NCBI GenBank assembly: GCA_965649825.1
Contig: OZ287699.1
Location: 310,001-374,000, forward strand
Length of the DNA: 64,000 nucleotides
Direction of reading: 5' to 3'
Origin: Penicillus capitatus
Lineage: Eukaryota > Plantae > Chlorophyta
Shown here piece by piece: positions 35,319 through 46,674 of the stretch (position 1 is its first letter; each line of letters begins with the position of its first letter). The position numbers and the translations under genes were made by a program. The notes below the pieces were generated by a model that had not been told where the DNA came from, made no database searches, and saw nothing but the letters and a program-made list of their open reading frames with translations.

Positions 35319-36385
35319 ACAGTGCAGCAGAAACGCACGCATCGCGACGGCATTAGTGATTGAACGCTCTTTCGTATTATAGCAGGATCCATGATTTGCC
35401 AACATTTTTGTGAGAGAGCAACGCTCTCTTTGTCAACACCTGTCAGCTCGAAGGGTATCTGTTAACTACGTCTCTGGTATTTCCCATCTTTGTACACTAT
35501 TAGGTCTGCTATGTTTAAATGCTTCTGCTATTCATGTGGGCATCTTTTTGTGACAAACGATCAACTATGTGTTTCTAGGGCATTTAGACTTATGTTCAAT
35601 CCGTGCCGTGTTGCTTTTGTATTTGCGTTGAGTGTGTGGTCCCGTTTCGTTTTATGAGCTGTCCGGGAGGATTCTTTTTTTCGGTACAGTTGTGATGCTT
35701 GATGGAATCTCGATCACTCTTCCTGTCCTTTGTCTATCGGCCCCTGCGCAGTGGAGGGGGACAGTTACAAAAAAGCCATGGGTACTTGAATCGCAGCTGT
35801 CTTATTTCGTGCAGATTTTCGTCATGGTGTAGTTCTCAGCCGTGTGGATCGTTCTTTAAAAAACAAATGAAAACATGCTTTCCACATCAGTCTGGCCTCC
35901 AACCGTAGAATCTTTTGATCAACGGAAAGAAGTTCCTCATCGATAGAGTTGGAGAAGGATCGTTAGGCACCCGTCTGTTGCTTGAGGGAAAATGTGCAAT
36001 TGAGTATGAGCGTCCTGGATTCGCACGGAATTCGCTAACACACGGCGGGTAGGGTCAACATTTAGATGTCTTTGTACACCTGCGGCGATGGAACGAGCAG
36101 CAGTGCCTGTGATGTACCTGCCAGTTCGATGCTGCCCAGAACACATGCATTATTTCGAGCTACTTCACACAGCCTAGTTCGTTCTCCATTCAAACGCATG
36201 TAGATTTTAAAGAGGGTGCCATAATAGTAATGAAAATGTTAGAGCAAAGCAATAGAATTCATCAAGAGATGGGGGATCCTATGATTGTACGCAGGAGAGG
36301 TAGGTATGATGAGAGAACACAACATTTTCGACAGGGGATGTAAGTGCGAGACCGCGGCACAGTCTTGCAACTTCGGCAGCCGCCT

Positions 36386-36510
36386 TAGTCACCACCATCT
36401 CCACCATCTCCACCATCGCCACCATCGCCACCGCCACCGCAAACATCACTACCGCTATCATCTTTCATATCCCTGTTACCGCTATCATCTTTCATATCCC
36501 TGTCTTCTTT
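36386..36510. repeat. 9-bp CCACCATCT/G repeats plus a 27-bp tandem duplication (36450-36503)
   Basis: Direct reading. The minus strand encodes (RDMKDDSG)x2 and GDGGDGGD-stop; the plus strand encodes PPSPPSPPS. Confidence 0.8.
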
Positions 36511-37937
36511 ACTGGGCGTTCCCCCGTCGTCTTCACTTCTGCCGCGTTGTTCACAACCGTCGACGTCTTCGTTTTCGCCTGGAAAGTTGTTTAAACTCTC
36601 TGTTGCGAGAACTTGGTACTGCTTTGCTAAGTGGGTGCGTTGGATTCGCGGTTCGTTACGTTTGGCCTACCTCGGCGGTTCTCGGCCTCTTCCCAGCTGG
36701 AGCCCGTACACATAGCGGACGAATTCGCGGTAAGGTACATCCAATTTTAGCCCTTTGTTGTCTTTTTGTAGTCTTATCTGCTTAGAAACGCAACAAGCGA
36801 AAAGCAACAAATGCCAAAACGCCGCCGGCGTTCAACAGAATTTCACACATCACAGGTTTACATAGATGAACGCATGCGAAATCTTCATCCGGATTATTTC
36901 TGCGTCGTACTGACCACGATTGTCCCTCAACGCATCTCGCAGTGATACCATTCAAGCCTCATCTCATTGCGCACTCTCCTAGTCTTCGGCGTCGGTTCGT
37001 CTCTCGGAAACGGACGCAGAGAGAACGACGTGTCTTTGAACTCTACACGTCCTATCATTCTCGCCCATGTTATTAGCGTGCGGAGAATTCGACGTCCTCG
37101 GCGACGCAGAACTGCTGTTCGATCCTGTATCCAACATCTGAGATGCATGATGGATGGGAACGTGCGAAAGGGAAGAAGTTCCGATGCGCAATCCAGTACA
37201 CTGACCAATGCTTGCTTACATCGATCTCTTCGTCAGATGACAGACCTCCAATCAATCACACATTGGTCACACTTCCCATCTGAAACGATCCAGCACTTCG
37301 GAATGGCTGGATCTCCATCTCCGAACGCAATCCAAGCACCAGCGGAATGAAGCAAGGTCTTTGCTCGATATTCTTTCAAAGCAAAAGAGTGTGAACATGT
37401 GTGACAGATGCTTGATAGCACAGACGACGTCGACGACTGCCTGTCGCATCGTGCATGAAAACGATAGCACTAAAGCAGAACACCATGACATAGAAAAGGC
37501 CTCCCAAATCTTGCTGCAGCACCACAGCTGTCATGCGGCCTAAACGGACAACCATCAAAGGTAAGCGGAAGAGTGAGATGGCATTCCTAGGACCCAAATA
37601 GGAGAATGGGATGAGAACATACCTCCCAACAGCATAGCGATCTCAGATCAAACCGTCGGTTGCCTTCTCCGTCTCTGGATGACGTGTCTATGCTCTGGCT
37701 GCATCGCACGTGGACGGTTCGCAGTATGGCTGTCATATAATGCCTTCATCCGACCATTTCGACGAAACGACGACAACACCCCTTTACGCAACGTTTGTCT
37801 TAACAGGCCATCGACTTTACGTTTCTATTCCGACTCTCCGAACCGCGCGCTCCACGTATCTTCTCAACAAATCTTTGTTGACAGACCATACCCGCAGTCG
37901 AGCCATTCATCGCGGTCCTCTTTCGAAACCACGACAC

Positions 37938-38211
37938 ATGATGTCTTTCAAGTTCCTCTGCTCTCTGACACTGCTCTGCATTCTCTGCTTTGCCGTTGTC
38001 TACACGGAAGCCAAGTTGCGTGAGCCCTGCAAACAAAAAGTACGTTCTGACCGCGTCATCTCTTTCACCGCGCATCGACGGTGTGTTTGTGCAGGGAGCC
38101 ATTTGTCGAGGAGAAAAACCTTGCTGCGATGACATAAATTGCGACTACCAGAGCAATCCCCTTCATGGCTGGGGATACTGTGGAGGACATTCCGCCTATG
38201 TCGTCACTTAG
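37938..38211 (+). CDS. Secreted 6-Cys knottin (inhibitor cystine knot)-pattern peptide, 72 aa, 2 exons
   Basis: Exons 37938-38039 and 38095-38211 around a 55-nt GTACGT..GCAG phase-0 intron. Signal MMSFKFLCSLTLLCILCFAVVYTEA; mature C-X6-C-X5-CC-X4-C-X12-C. Confidence 0.75.
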
Positions 38212-38484
38212 AGGACACTTGAGATGCATGCCTGGCAATCCCATGTCTCCATCGACAACGAAGAGATTTGTTTAAATTTAAGCCATCTATTCCATCGACA
38301 CGTCTGTCCCATCATCGCGTCAACCGAACATGACTAAGGAAAACCGCATACTGACACAATCCGAGCGTCATCGAATCCGGGTACTACTTAGGACGAAGCA
38401 GCCTGGCCTCGTTGTTGATTTGCTTCCACAAACGGTGTTCATAGCGTTCTCTCGTCGACGCATCGCAAACACGCGTTTCTAGTC

Positions 38485-40751
38485 ATGCCATCATATCCAC
38501 AGTCAAAAGACGCCGACCACGGCTCCGTCGACGGAGTGACGCGCGAGCAACGAAGTGAAGGGAGCATTTCGAGTGCTGCACAGCAGAAGCAGGATGAAGA
38601 CTCGACCATCGTGCATCTGGATCTCTTAGCGCCGATTCCCGAACAGAAGCGCGTCTGTGTAGCGTGGGCGAACATCTCGGCCTTCGTGCCCGGGTTCACG
38701 ATTCCGACCAACTCGATCCTCAAGGCTTCCAAGATGCTTCAACGCGCTATAACATTTTCGAAGCCGATCAAGCAGAAATCGGCACCGCCAAAGAAACAGG
38801 TACGTACACGCATCTCTAAAGACAACACGAGGAACGCACGCGTGTCAGATTCTCTTCGGTATTGGCGGTTATGTACACCCCGGAGAAGTGGCCGCCCTCA
38901 TGGGGCCGTCAGGATCTGGAAAGACAACGCTTATCTCCATTCTGGGAGGACGAGCACCCAAGTACGTATCCCTTACATAACGCTTAGATCGTCAAGGTGA
39001 TGATCTAGGATGATAACGACCGAAGGCAGCTATACATTCAACGGGCATCCAATGAGCAAAGCAATCCGACGTTCTATTGGCTATGTTTCTCAAGATGATC
39101 TTCTGTATGAAAACCTCACTGTCTACGAGACGCTTTACTACGCAGCCCTTCTGCGCTTACCGAAAACCATGACACGGGAACAGAAGCTGAGCCGAGTCGA
39201 AGCTGTCATCCAAGCGTTGGGACTGGACAAGTGCCGCGACACTCTTATTGGTCAGCAGATCGCGTCACTGGGTCCCCGATCGAGTGGATTGGCTTTGTAG
39301 GGGGACCACTTCGCAGAGGGGTGTCTGGTGGAGAGAGGAAGCGTGTGTCTGTGGGACACGAACTGTTAATCAATCCGTCCGTGTTGGTGCTCGACGAACC
39401 GACCAGTGGACTGGACTCCACGACTGCCACGCATCTGATCAGTACTCTCAAATCCCTCGCTGCAGGGGGCAGAGCCATTATCACGACGATCCATCAACCG
39501 TCGAGTCGGATTTACAGGGATCTGGATACCGTCATGCTTTTGAGCGAAGGCCGTATCCTGTACTACGGTGCATCGACGTTGACAGTGGACTGGTTTCACG
39601 ATCAACGATTCGACATGCCTTATGGCGTAAATATCGCCGAGTACATACTGGACATTGCAAACGGCGACATCGAAGGGCAAGGTATGAGCGGGGAGGAATC
39701 CAGGGCGCACCTGGTCGACGCCATGACGCATTTCCTCGCCTCCAATCCAAGAGGCTTCATCAGATCGCAAAACGACGAACAGCACAGGAGAGCCTCCAAA
39801 GAGCTCCACGATTCTGTCCCGTTCGTTCAAACGGGACCGGAGAGCCAAAAGAATCTGCTGACGGGTGCAAAGAAATCTGACAGATGGGGAGCAACATTCC
39901 CACAACAATGCTTGATTCTCTTCTCCCGTGCGATGCATAACCGTCGCTTCAGCTCCATGAGTTCCCAGACATTCTTCCAGACCATTGGTTGTACTGTCAT
40001 CGTCGCCATTCTCTATTGGATGACTGGAGACGATAATACCCTTCTATCTGCAACAGATGTGAGCTCAGTTATCTTCTTTGTGTTGATCTATGTCGCATTT
40101 ACTCAGCTATTCAAAGCAATCCACACCTTTCCCAATGTATTCAATCTGATGGTGAAGGAGAGGACGAGCGGGATGTATCGTCTTTCTGCCTTCTATCTGT
40201 CCGAGACATTGTGTGATCTGCCGATGGACTACTCGATCCCGCTGATCTTTATCATTTCTGTTTACTGGGCTGGACACCTACGCCGATCCGTTGTGGCATT
40301 CCTCAGCCATGTGGTCATTCAGCTGTTCTCCGCTCTGACCGTCCAGACGATCGGATTGGTCCTGGGAGCAATGGTTCGCAATTCCCAGACGGCTATTTCC
40401 TTTTCCACGGTGTTGATGATCGCTTTGATGCTGGTGACAGGATTCTGGGTCCGTGAGATTCCGAGCTGGATTGAATGGGTGCAATACATTGCGCCGCCTT
40501 ACTGGGGTTACCGTGTCCTGATGCAAATTGAGTTCGGGAACAGGGAATTCGTCAACTGTGGCGGCGTCAACGAAGACCAGCTTCCCAGAGAGGAGTGCAC
40601 ACCAATCGAAGATCTGGCTGACGAAATGAACATGCCGTTCGATCTCGACGGATCCAAGTGGCCAGGAGTGGCTGTCATCTTCGCGATGCTGATCAGCTTA
40701 AGGATTTTGACCTACTACGTGCTGAGAGTCAAAACGCGGTTCACCGTTTGA
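38485..40751 (+). CDS. ABCG half-transporter (White/WBC type)
   Basis: Walker [10 protein letters not shown], signature [11 protein letters not shown], Walker [13 protein letters not shown]; NBD followed by 6-TM ABC2 domain; short introns in the 5' half. Confidence 0.93.
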
Positions 40752-41019
40752 ACTGTGCCGCGGAATGCTGTTTTGTCCTTTTTTCGCGTCAATGGTCGAT
40801 GTGCTGATACTCAAAACTTACCGAGATCAGGACGACCCGTACACTCAACGTTTCGTTATCCAATTGTTTCTCTTTGCCCCAGAATTCTCTGGGGGCAGTC
40901 ATGTTGACGACCAAAGAGGATTTTTTGACCGGGATGGGAATTTCTTATGCACATTGCTTTAGTTTCTCCACATTGGATATGACAATAGTGGTTTGAACCA
41001 GGCGTGGTGATGGAAAGGG

Positions 41020-41648
41020 TTATGTTACGGTTAACATGTCCCCGTACTGAAAAGGGAAGAGGGCATGAGCACATGCATTGCAAGCAGCGTTTACCAAAAA
41101 GAGCCACGCAAGCAAACGAACCTCGCCGATCTCGCAACGCTCTTCGTCGACAGCTCGGTCAATGAGATGACCTGCGACGCCTCGGACCGGATACCCCAGC
41201 TGCACGATGGCCACATTGCCATAAACGCCCAACATTCCGACACAGACAACGACCTATCGCTCATCTCGCCTCAGAGATTCACCAGAAGGGAAATTGCCTT
41301 AGACAAAAACAGCAGTCGCATCATCGTCTTGCACTGGTAGATATCTCGCATCGCTGCGCCGAGGTCTTGGACATGTTTCTCCTTTTGAGAGATGAGGCGG
41401 TTTGCCTTGGCGTAGCGGACGAATGTCTCGGGGGTATTCAGCTCCGAGGCTTCCTGACGCAAGGTCTTGATATCGCACGTCAGGCGGCGCACCTCACTCG
41501 CGAATCCACGAAACTGTCCACGCTCCATCGGCTATCTCATGGCCGTGGTGGGGCATACTCGTAGCCAGCGGTAGACGTGTGCTGGGATGGTGAGAACGAA
41601 CACGATGCCGAGCAAGAGCACTGCGACGTCATCCGTCAGTTGTGCCAT
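41020..41648 (-). CDS. GET1/WRB-like ER membrane insertase subunit (multi-exon)
   Basis: N-terminal TM (VAVLLLGIVFVLTIP), coiled coil LRQEASELNTPETFVRYAKANRLISQKEKHVQDL, and two C-terminal hydrophobic segments. 3' end approximate. Confidence 0.55.
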
Positions 41649-41667
41649 ACGAGCGTCAAACGGAAGG

Positions 41668-42218
41668 ATGTCACTGTCTTGCCCTGCTTCATTCGCAGTC
41701 CGCTCTCTGCGCGGCGATTGGAAGGTAACGGCATCGAACGCCGACACCTGCCATCATGTCCGTCCCGTCCGTCAAGCACGCGCATCCCTATCCCTGAAGA
41801 AATCACGCACGGCGCTGCTTCGCCTCGGCGACAACGCATTCGCCAGGTCTGTTTCTTAGCGGTGGTGCCGCTGGTGGGTCTATCGTTTCGTCAGATTCCG
41901 CGCGGCGGATCTCGATCGTTGCGATTTTGCCCGTCCGTTGACACGGATAAAGGCGAGAGAGGAAGAAGAAAGCGATGTCGACGAGGAGTTGCCCAGTCGC
42001 GTCGGTGGCTACGACATCGATGAAGAGACCCTTCTGGAAAGCCCCTTGTTTGCCAATGCGCTCACCGTAAGCCATCGAGGGTCATCCTATGGTCAAGATC
42101 ACTCCTGCTTCAGATCACCGCCGCGGTGGTCGTACTCGGTACATTATGGGTCTTCTTCCAACTGGCAAAGCCCATCATTGACAATACCATACGCGTTTTC
42201 CCTGGAGATGGCCTTTGA
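41668..42218 (+). CDS. Small putative plastid single-TM protein
   Basis: Transit-like MSLSCPASFAVRSLR..., acidic REEEESDVDEELP...NALT, spliced to ITAAVVVLGTLWVFFQLAKPIIDNTIRVFPGDGL-TGA. Middle exons uncertain. Confidence 0.45.
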
Positions 42219-44096
42219 GATACTCACAGGGCGTCATGTCTTAAATCCACGCCTGATGTCTATTCATTTAAAGGCATTGATTGGTTGGTCTGAAGCGCTT
42301 TTCGCGTCTCTCGGATACTCACCGTGTTCATAGCGACGCCATGTCGGCCACGTTTTTCCTCTACAGAACCGAATGCTGTCTTTTCATTCTTCAGAACCGG
42401 GATTCGCAGCGTTCTAATCCACCGCAACACCCCTGTCAGAGTACGACCGTATGCAAATGTGACTTTTTGCAGAGTTAAGTGCAGTTGACAAACGCCCTAC
42501 AAGGATGTGTCCTATATTGAAAACATCTTCAATAGAGTTGTTTCCGTCGCCCTTTACTATATTCCACACGAACTCTTCTTCGTTAAGCTCTGCTTATTGC
42601 GGTCAATGTTTAGCAGCCTCGCTTGCAGGTTTTTTCTTGGATTTAAGTAAACGCTCCTTTCGAGCTCGTCCGCGGCCAGAAAACCAGTATTGTGGACAAC
42701 TTGCATTGTCCTCGATAAATCAAGTCAAGTACGACAAGACGGCAAATCTTTGAGTTCGTTAACTGTCCGGATGTTGTAAGCACTCTCTAGTTATTGTGTA
42801 AAGTCAGTCGGCTGCCGTCCGAAAAATGTACCGCACTCTTTGTCGACGTGGGACAATCTCCTTGCTCTGAACCTCCGCCTCTAGTGGATCTGCCTGGACC
42901 GGTTCACTGTCGCCTCGCTCTTCGTCCTCAGGGCTCCTTCCAAAGATGCCAAAGTTGTGAATGACACGCTCTGCTCCCCGGTAAGAGATGTCGGTGGCTT
43001 CAGGGGGCACTCGCTTTGCATCCCTGAAGCGTTTGAACTCTGCGTGTATATTGGGATTGTTCTGAATGAGAGGGTATCGTATAGTCGCATGAAAAATTCG
43101 TCGCTCGTGTTCGTTGTCCAGGATAAAAGAGAGAGAACCGAATGTTCACGAACACAACAGAACAGGAGCATCGCCAAGATTTCCTTGTCGATGTGACTGT
43201 CTTGTTGTACAAGGGGCATATGCTCAGCGGGCTTTGGCTGTCTTGTCAAACAAGGTCCAAGTGTGTCTAGGGACGCTATTCTATGGTCCTGACAGTGGGG
43301 CGGACACACCTGACACTGAAGTCGCGTCATCACGCGAGTATATAAGGGGCGATCTGAACCGTTCTAGGCCTTGCTCCGAAGACTTGTAAAGACTTCCGCT
43401 GCTGATCGTTTTCGCTGCGCGGCCGACCGGCGACAAGGAAATCACCCTGGCCGCTTTTTCTTTTAACGTGATGTGACTCGATTGGCGTAGAGCGTTCCTT
43501 GTTTCCCGTCCTCATGTCGACATGTCGACAGACCTGTCCCGTCAAGTCTCTTCACACGTCGTTTAATCCATCTCGTCGGCATTCTTTTTCGTCTTTCAGA
43601 TAAAAGAAACCCCAAGGATAATCAACACTCACTCGAAGACAAAATAACGAATCGTCTGATCTTGTTTGTCTAGCGTCATGTGAGTTCTCTGCCGTATTCT
43701 TTTTTGTCCTCGCGTCAGCAGAAGGGTTCCAAAGCTGTCGACACCATTCTCAGGATACTGTTCGATGATTGTTGAGAAATCTGCGTCGTTCATTCTTTCG
43801 GAGGAGAAGACAACTGAGAGAGAGAGAGTTCAAGATCAGCATAAGCAATCAGTTACATCGTTTTGATGGCATTTTCACGCCGTCATTATTTGTCCATTCA
43901 ACGCGTATAACGCTAAGTTCGCGCGCGAGACCTCGAGCGCATAGATCGAAGGTGTATCGCTACAATGGACGAACGACGAGTCGAAGCGTTCGGGGTAGGA
44001 CAACTGGAACAACGTGTTGAAGAGTTCGCGATAGAACAACTGGTTCAGCTCTAACTATACACGCACCTTCACTTATTTTTCGTTTTGTAGAGTCGC

Positions 44097-45237
44097 ATGA
44101 CTCCTGAACAGGTACACGAAGATGACTTCCTCTCAAAGTCTCTTCAGACGGTGTTGTTGTGGTCGACAGTTGGCACAGATGAAGAATTATATGGACGACG
44201 CTTCTCCGGAGGGTATGGAGCGCATTGAACAGAGAGTACAACAACGCCTGTCGACGATGTCTCCTGCCGATATCCACCTACTTGAAAGGACGATGCAGAA
44301 CGCGAATCCATCCAGCTCCTTCTTCGTCGTCTCCGCTTTCCACGCTAATCAAGCCTACACCTACGACGTTTGCATCATCACACGCGCCTTTCCTCATACT
44401 CACGCCGTTTTATAAACAGGCAGCTCTGTCGTTGAGAAATGAGGGGAACACACTGTTCGCAAATGGAAAGTATATGGCTGCCGTTGCATACTATGACCGA
44501 GCCCTGTATAACGTCTGGTATTGCGCGGACAAGCGTAGCGGCAAAATGATCGTCAATTGTCTGCTCCACATAGCCATGTGTTATCTGAGACTGGAACGCT
44601 GCTCTGAATGCATCAGATGTTGTACCATGGCGCTAACACGTAAGGGACGACGTTCTGGATCGAGAGATCCATCTCGATGCGTTCGTTCTGTCCTGATCAG
44701 ATAATCCGAAGAACTTGAAGGCACTGTATCGTCGGGGACAGGCCTATGTGCACCAGGAGAGGTATTTGGAAGCGCTTGCAGATCTCCGACGGGCGCAACT
44801 CAGTAGAAGATATGTCGCCTGTCTTCTTCTCTATGCAGACAACATCGATCTTGTTTCGGACATGTTTCAAGTAAGACTGCTCTTTGTCTGGTCTCCATGA
44901 CTCAAGGATGGTGCAGTCCATGGATGACAAGACCATCGTCCAGGCGCTCCGCAGTTCAAGAATGTGCGCCGACAAAAAACGGGCGAGACACTGCTGACGC
45001 ATTCTCGTGGATTCTCACAGGAATGTGCGTCAGGCCCGAGAAATCGTGAGACAGTTGAGATGCATGAGCCTTTATCACATGGAGATCCTTGCGAGGGCAG
45101 CAGCAGGCTCTACACAGAGAATCTATGAGGTGACCAAGAACATCGAACAAAGGCCCCCAAGTCAAGGCATCGGCTGCATCTTCGCGCTCTGTATTATCGT
45201 GTTCGGTATCATTCTCCTTGTTTATAAAATGATATAA
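44097..45237 (+). CDS. Tail-anchored TPR-clamp protein (OEP61/TPR7-like)
   Basis: Met-rich helical N-terminus; TPRs LRNEGNTLFANGKYMAAVAYYDRAL and KALYRRGQAY; C-terminal TM IGCIFALCIIVFGIILLVYKMI-stop. Confidence 0.6.
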
Positions 45238-45519
45238 CGATTCGCTGATGTCCGCAAAAAGAGGCCCGGTTTATCGACTGCTTTGTCCCATGTCGCGCTA
45301 AAATGGAAACAGAAACACAACGTTTGCTGCTGTCGAGTTCGTGATGTGACAGTTGAGGTCTTAGGAATGTATGTGGACGAATGGAATCCGTCGAACGAAC
45401 CACATCTTTCTTCAAGCTAGCTTCTCAGCAGCTCCCCCAAAGGCAACGCAATTTGCAAGGAGTACCTGCAGGGAGCGATAAGGCATCTGCTGGTCTCTGG
45501 CAGAGAACGTGAATGAGGG

Positions 45520-46110
45520 TAAGGGGAGTTAGGCCTGGAGGTCACATCGAAGAAGCCGCTCGTCGGTTTTAACTCCCGACGCGTCCCACAGAAAGGCGTC
45601 AACATAATCCGGCGCGGCGGGTATCGCACATGAATTTGGCGGTGTCGATTCGTGTTACCGAGAACATGCCACGCCGTTGGAGATTTTCGTTCCATGGCGG
45701 AAAACGCCTTCAAAGACGATCCCAATGGCCGGCTCCTGATCCTCTACAGCGATGCCTTGGCCCATTTGATCTACGCTGCGTCAGATATCGCATTTGTGCC
45801 GTCTCTCTTCGAACGTGCGTCCTGGCACGGATGGTCGCAATGTTACGGTGCCTTGCCTGTTGTGCGTCTCACTGGAGGACTGGCTGACACCGTCCACGAA
45901 ATCGACCTGTATGGCGGCGGCGGTTTATCTCACTCTCTCACTCTATTAGAGATATTGAGATCGTTTATGACGTGGATTTGGGTCTATGGATGTGGAAGAT
46001 GTTAAGCCCTAGAGATCTTCCAGAAAGAACCTAATAAGTGGACGGAAGTCTCTAACAAGAATGTGGGACTTGGCTTTTCGTGGGAACAATCTGTCTATCT
46101 TATTTCGATC
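45520..46110 (+). pseudogene. Starch synthase (SSIII/IV-like) C-terminal fragment, disrupted
   Basis: [51 protein letters not shown] and FSWEQS. In-frame stop, compensating frameshifts at the EPCGL motif (45811-45845), no N-terminal domain seen. Confidence 0.75.
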
Positions 46111-46674
46111 TGTACATCTCCATTGCTTCATTCAGAATAGACGAAATGCAAGGCGCCGAAATCTGCTTACGATAAAAAATCGCAGACAAGGCTATTTCCA
46201 ACGTTGCGATTTCAATGGCTTTCCCGGAAGCTGGAAGAAAATACCAAATGTGTTCGAGCGCACGCTGAGTGATAAAAAATCGGCAACAGTACCACGTGAC
46301 CTTCTTTCGATCCATGAATACACAATCGACGCTTTTTTTTCTCTGATGTCGATACTGCCAGACGCAGCGAACAGCATCGAGCAACGATGTCTGGGACAAA
46401 ACGTCTGGATCTTAATCAAACCTCTCGGCGAGACAAAGGTTAGAATCGAGTCACATGCTGCCGACTGACGGATTGCTCGAAAGCGAGAGCAGACGTGAAG
46501 TGCTGCTGACGCGACAGCAAACGCAGGGACGCGATCTCGCGAACGACGTCTTTCTTTCTCGGTCCTTTCGTGATTCTTTTTTGTCAAAAAGGGATTCATT
46601 TCTTCATAAGAGAGCTGCGTCAGTACAGCGACAAAAAGAGATATGGTTCGCTGCTGACGCTGGAGATGTCTGCC

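Noticed and set aside
42804-43560. Minus-strand ORFs possibly forming a small gene
   Set aside because: No recognisable domain or consistent splice model.
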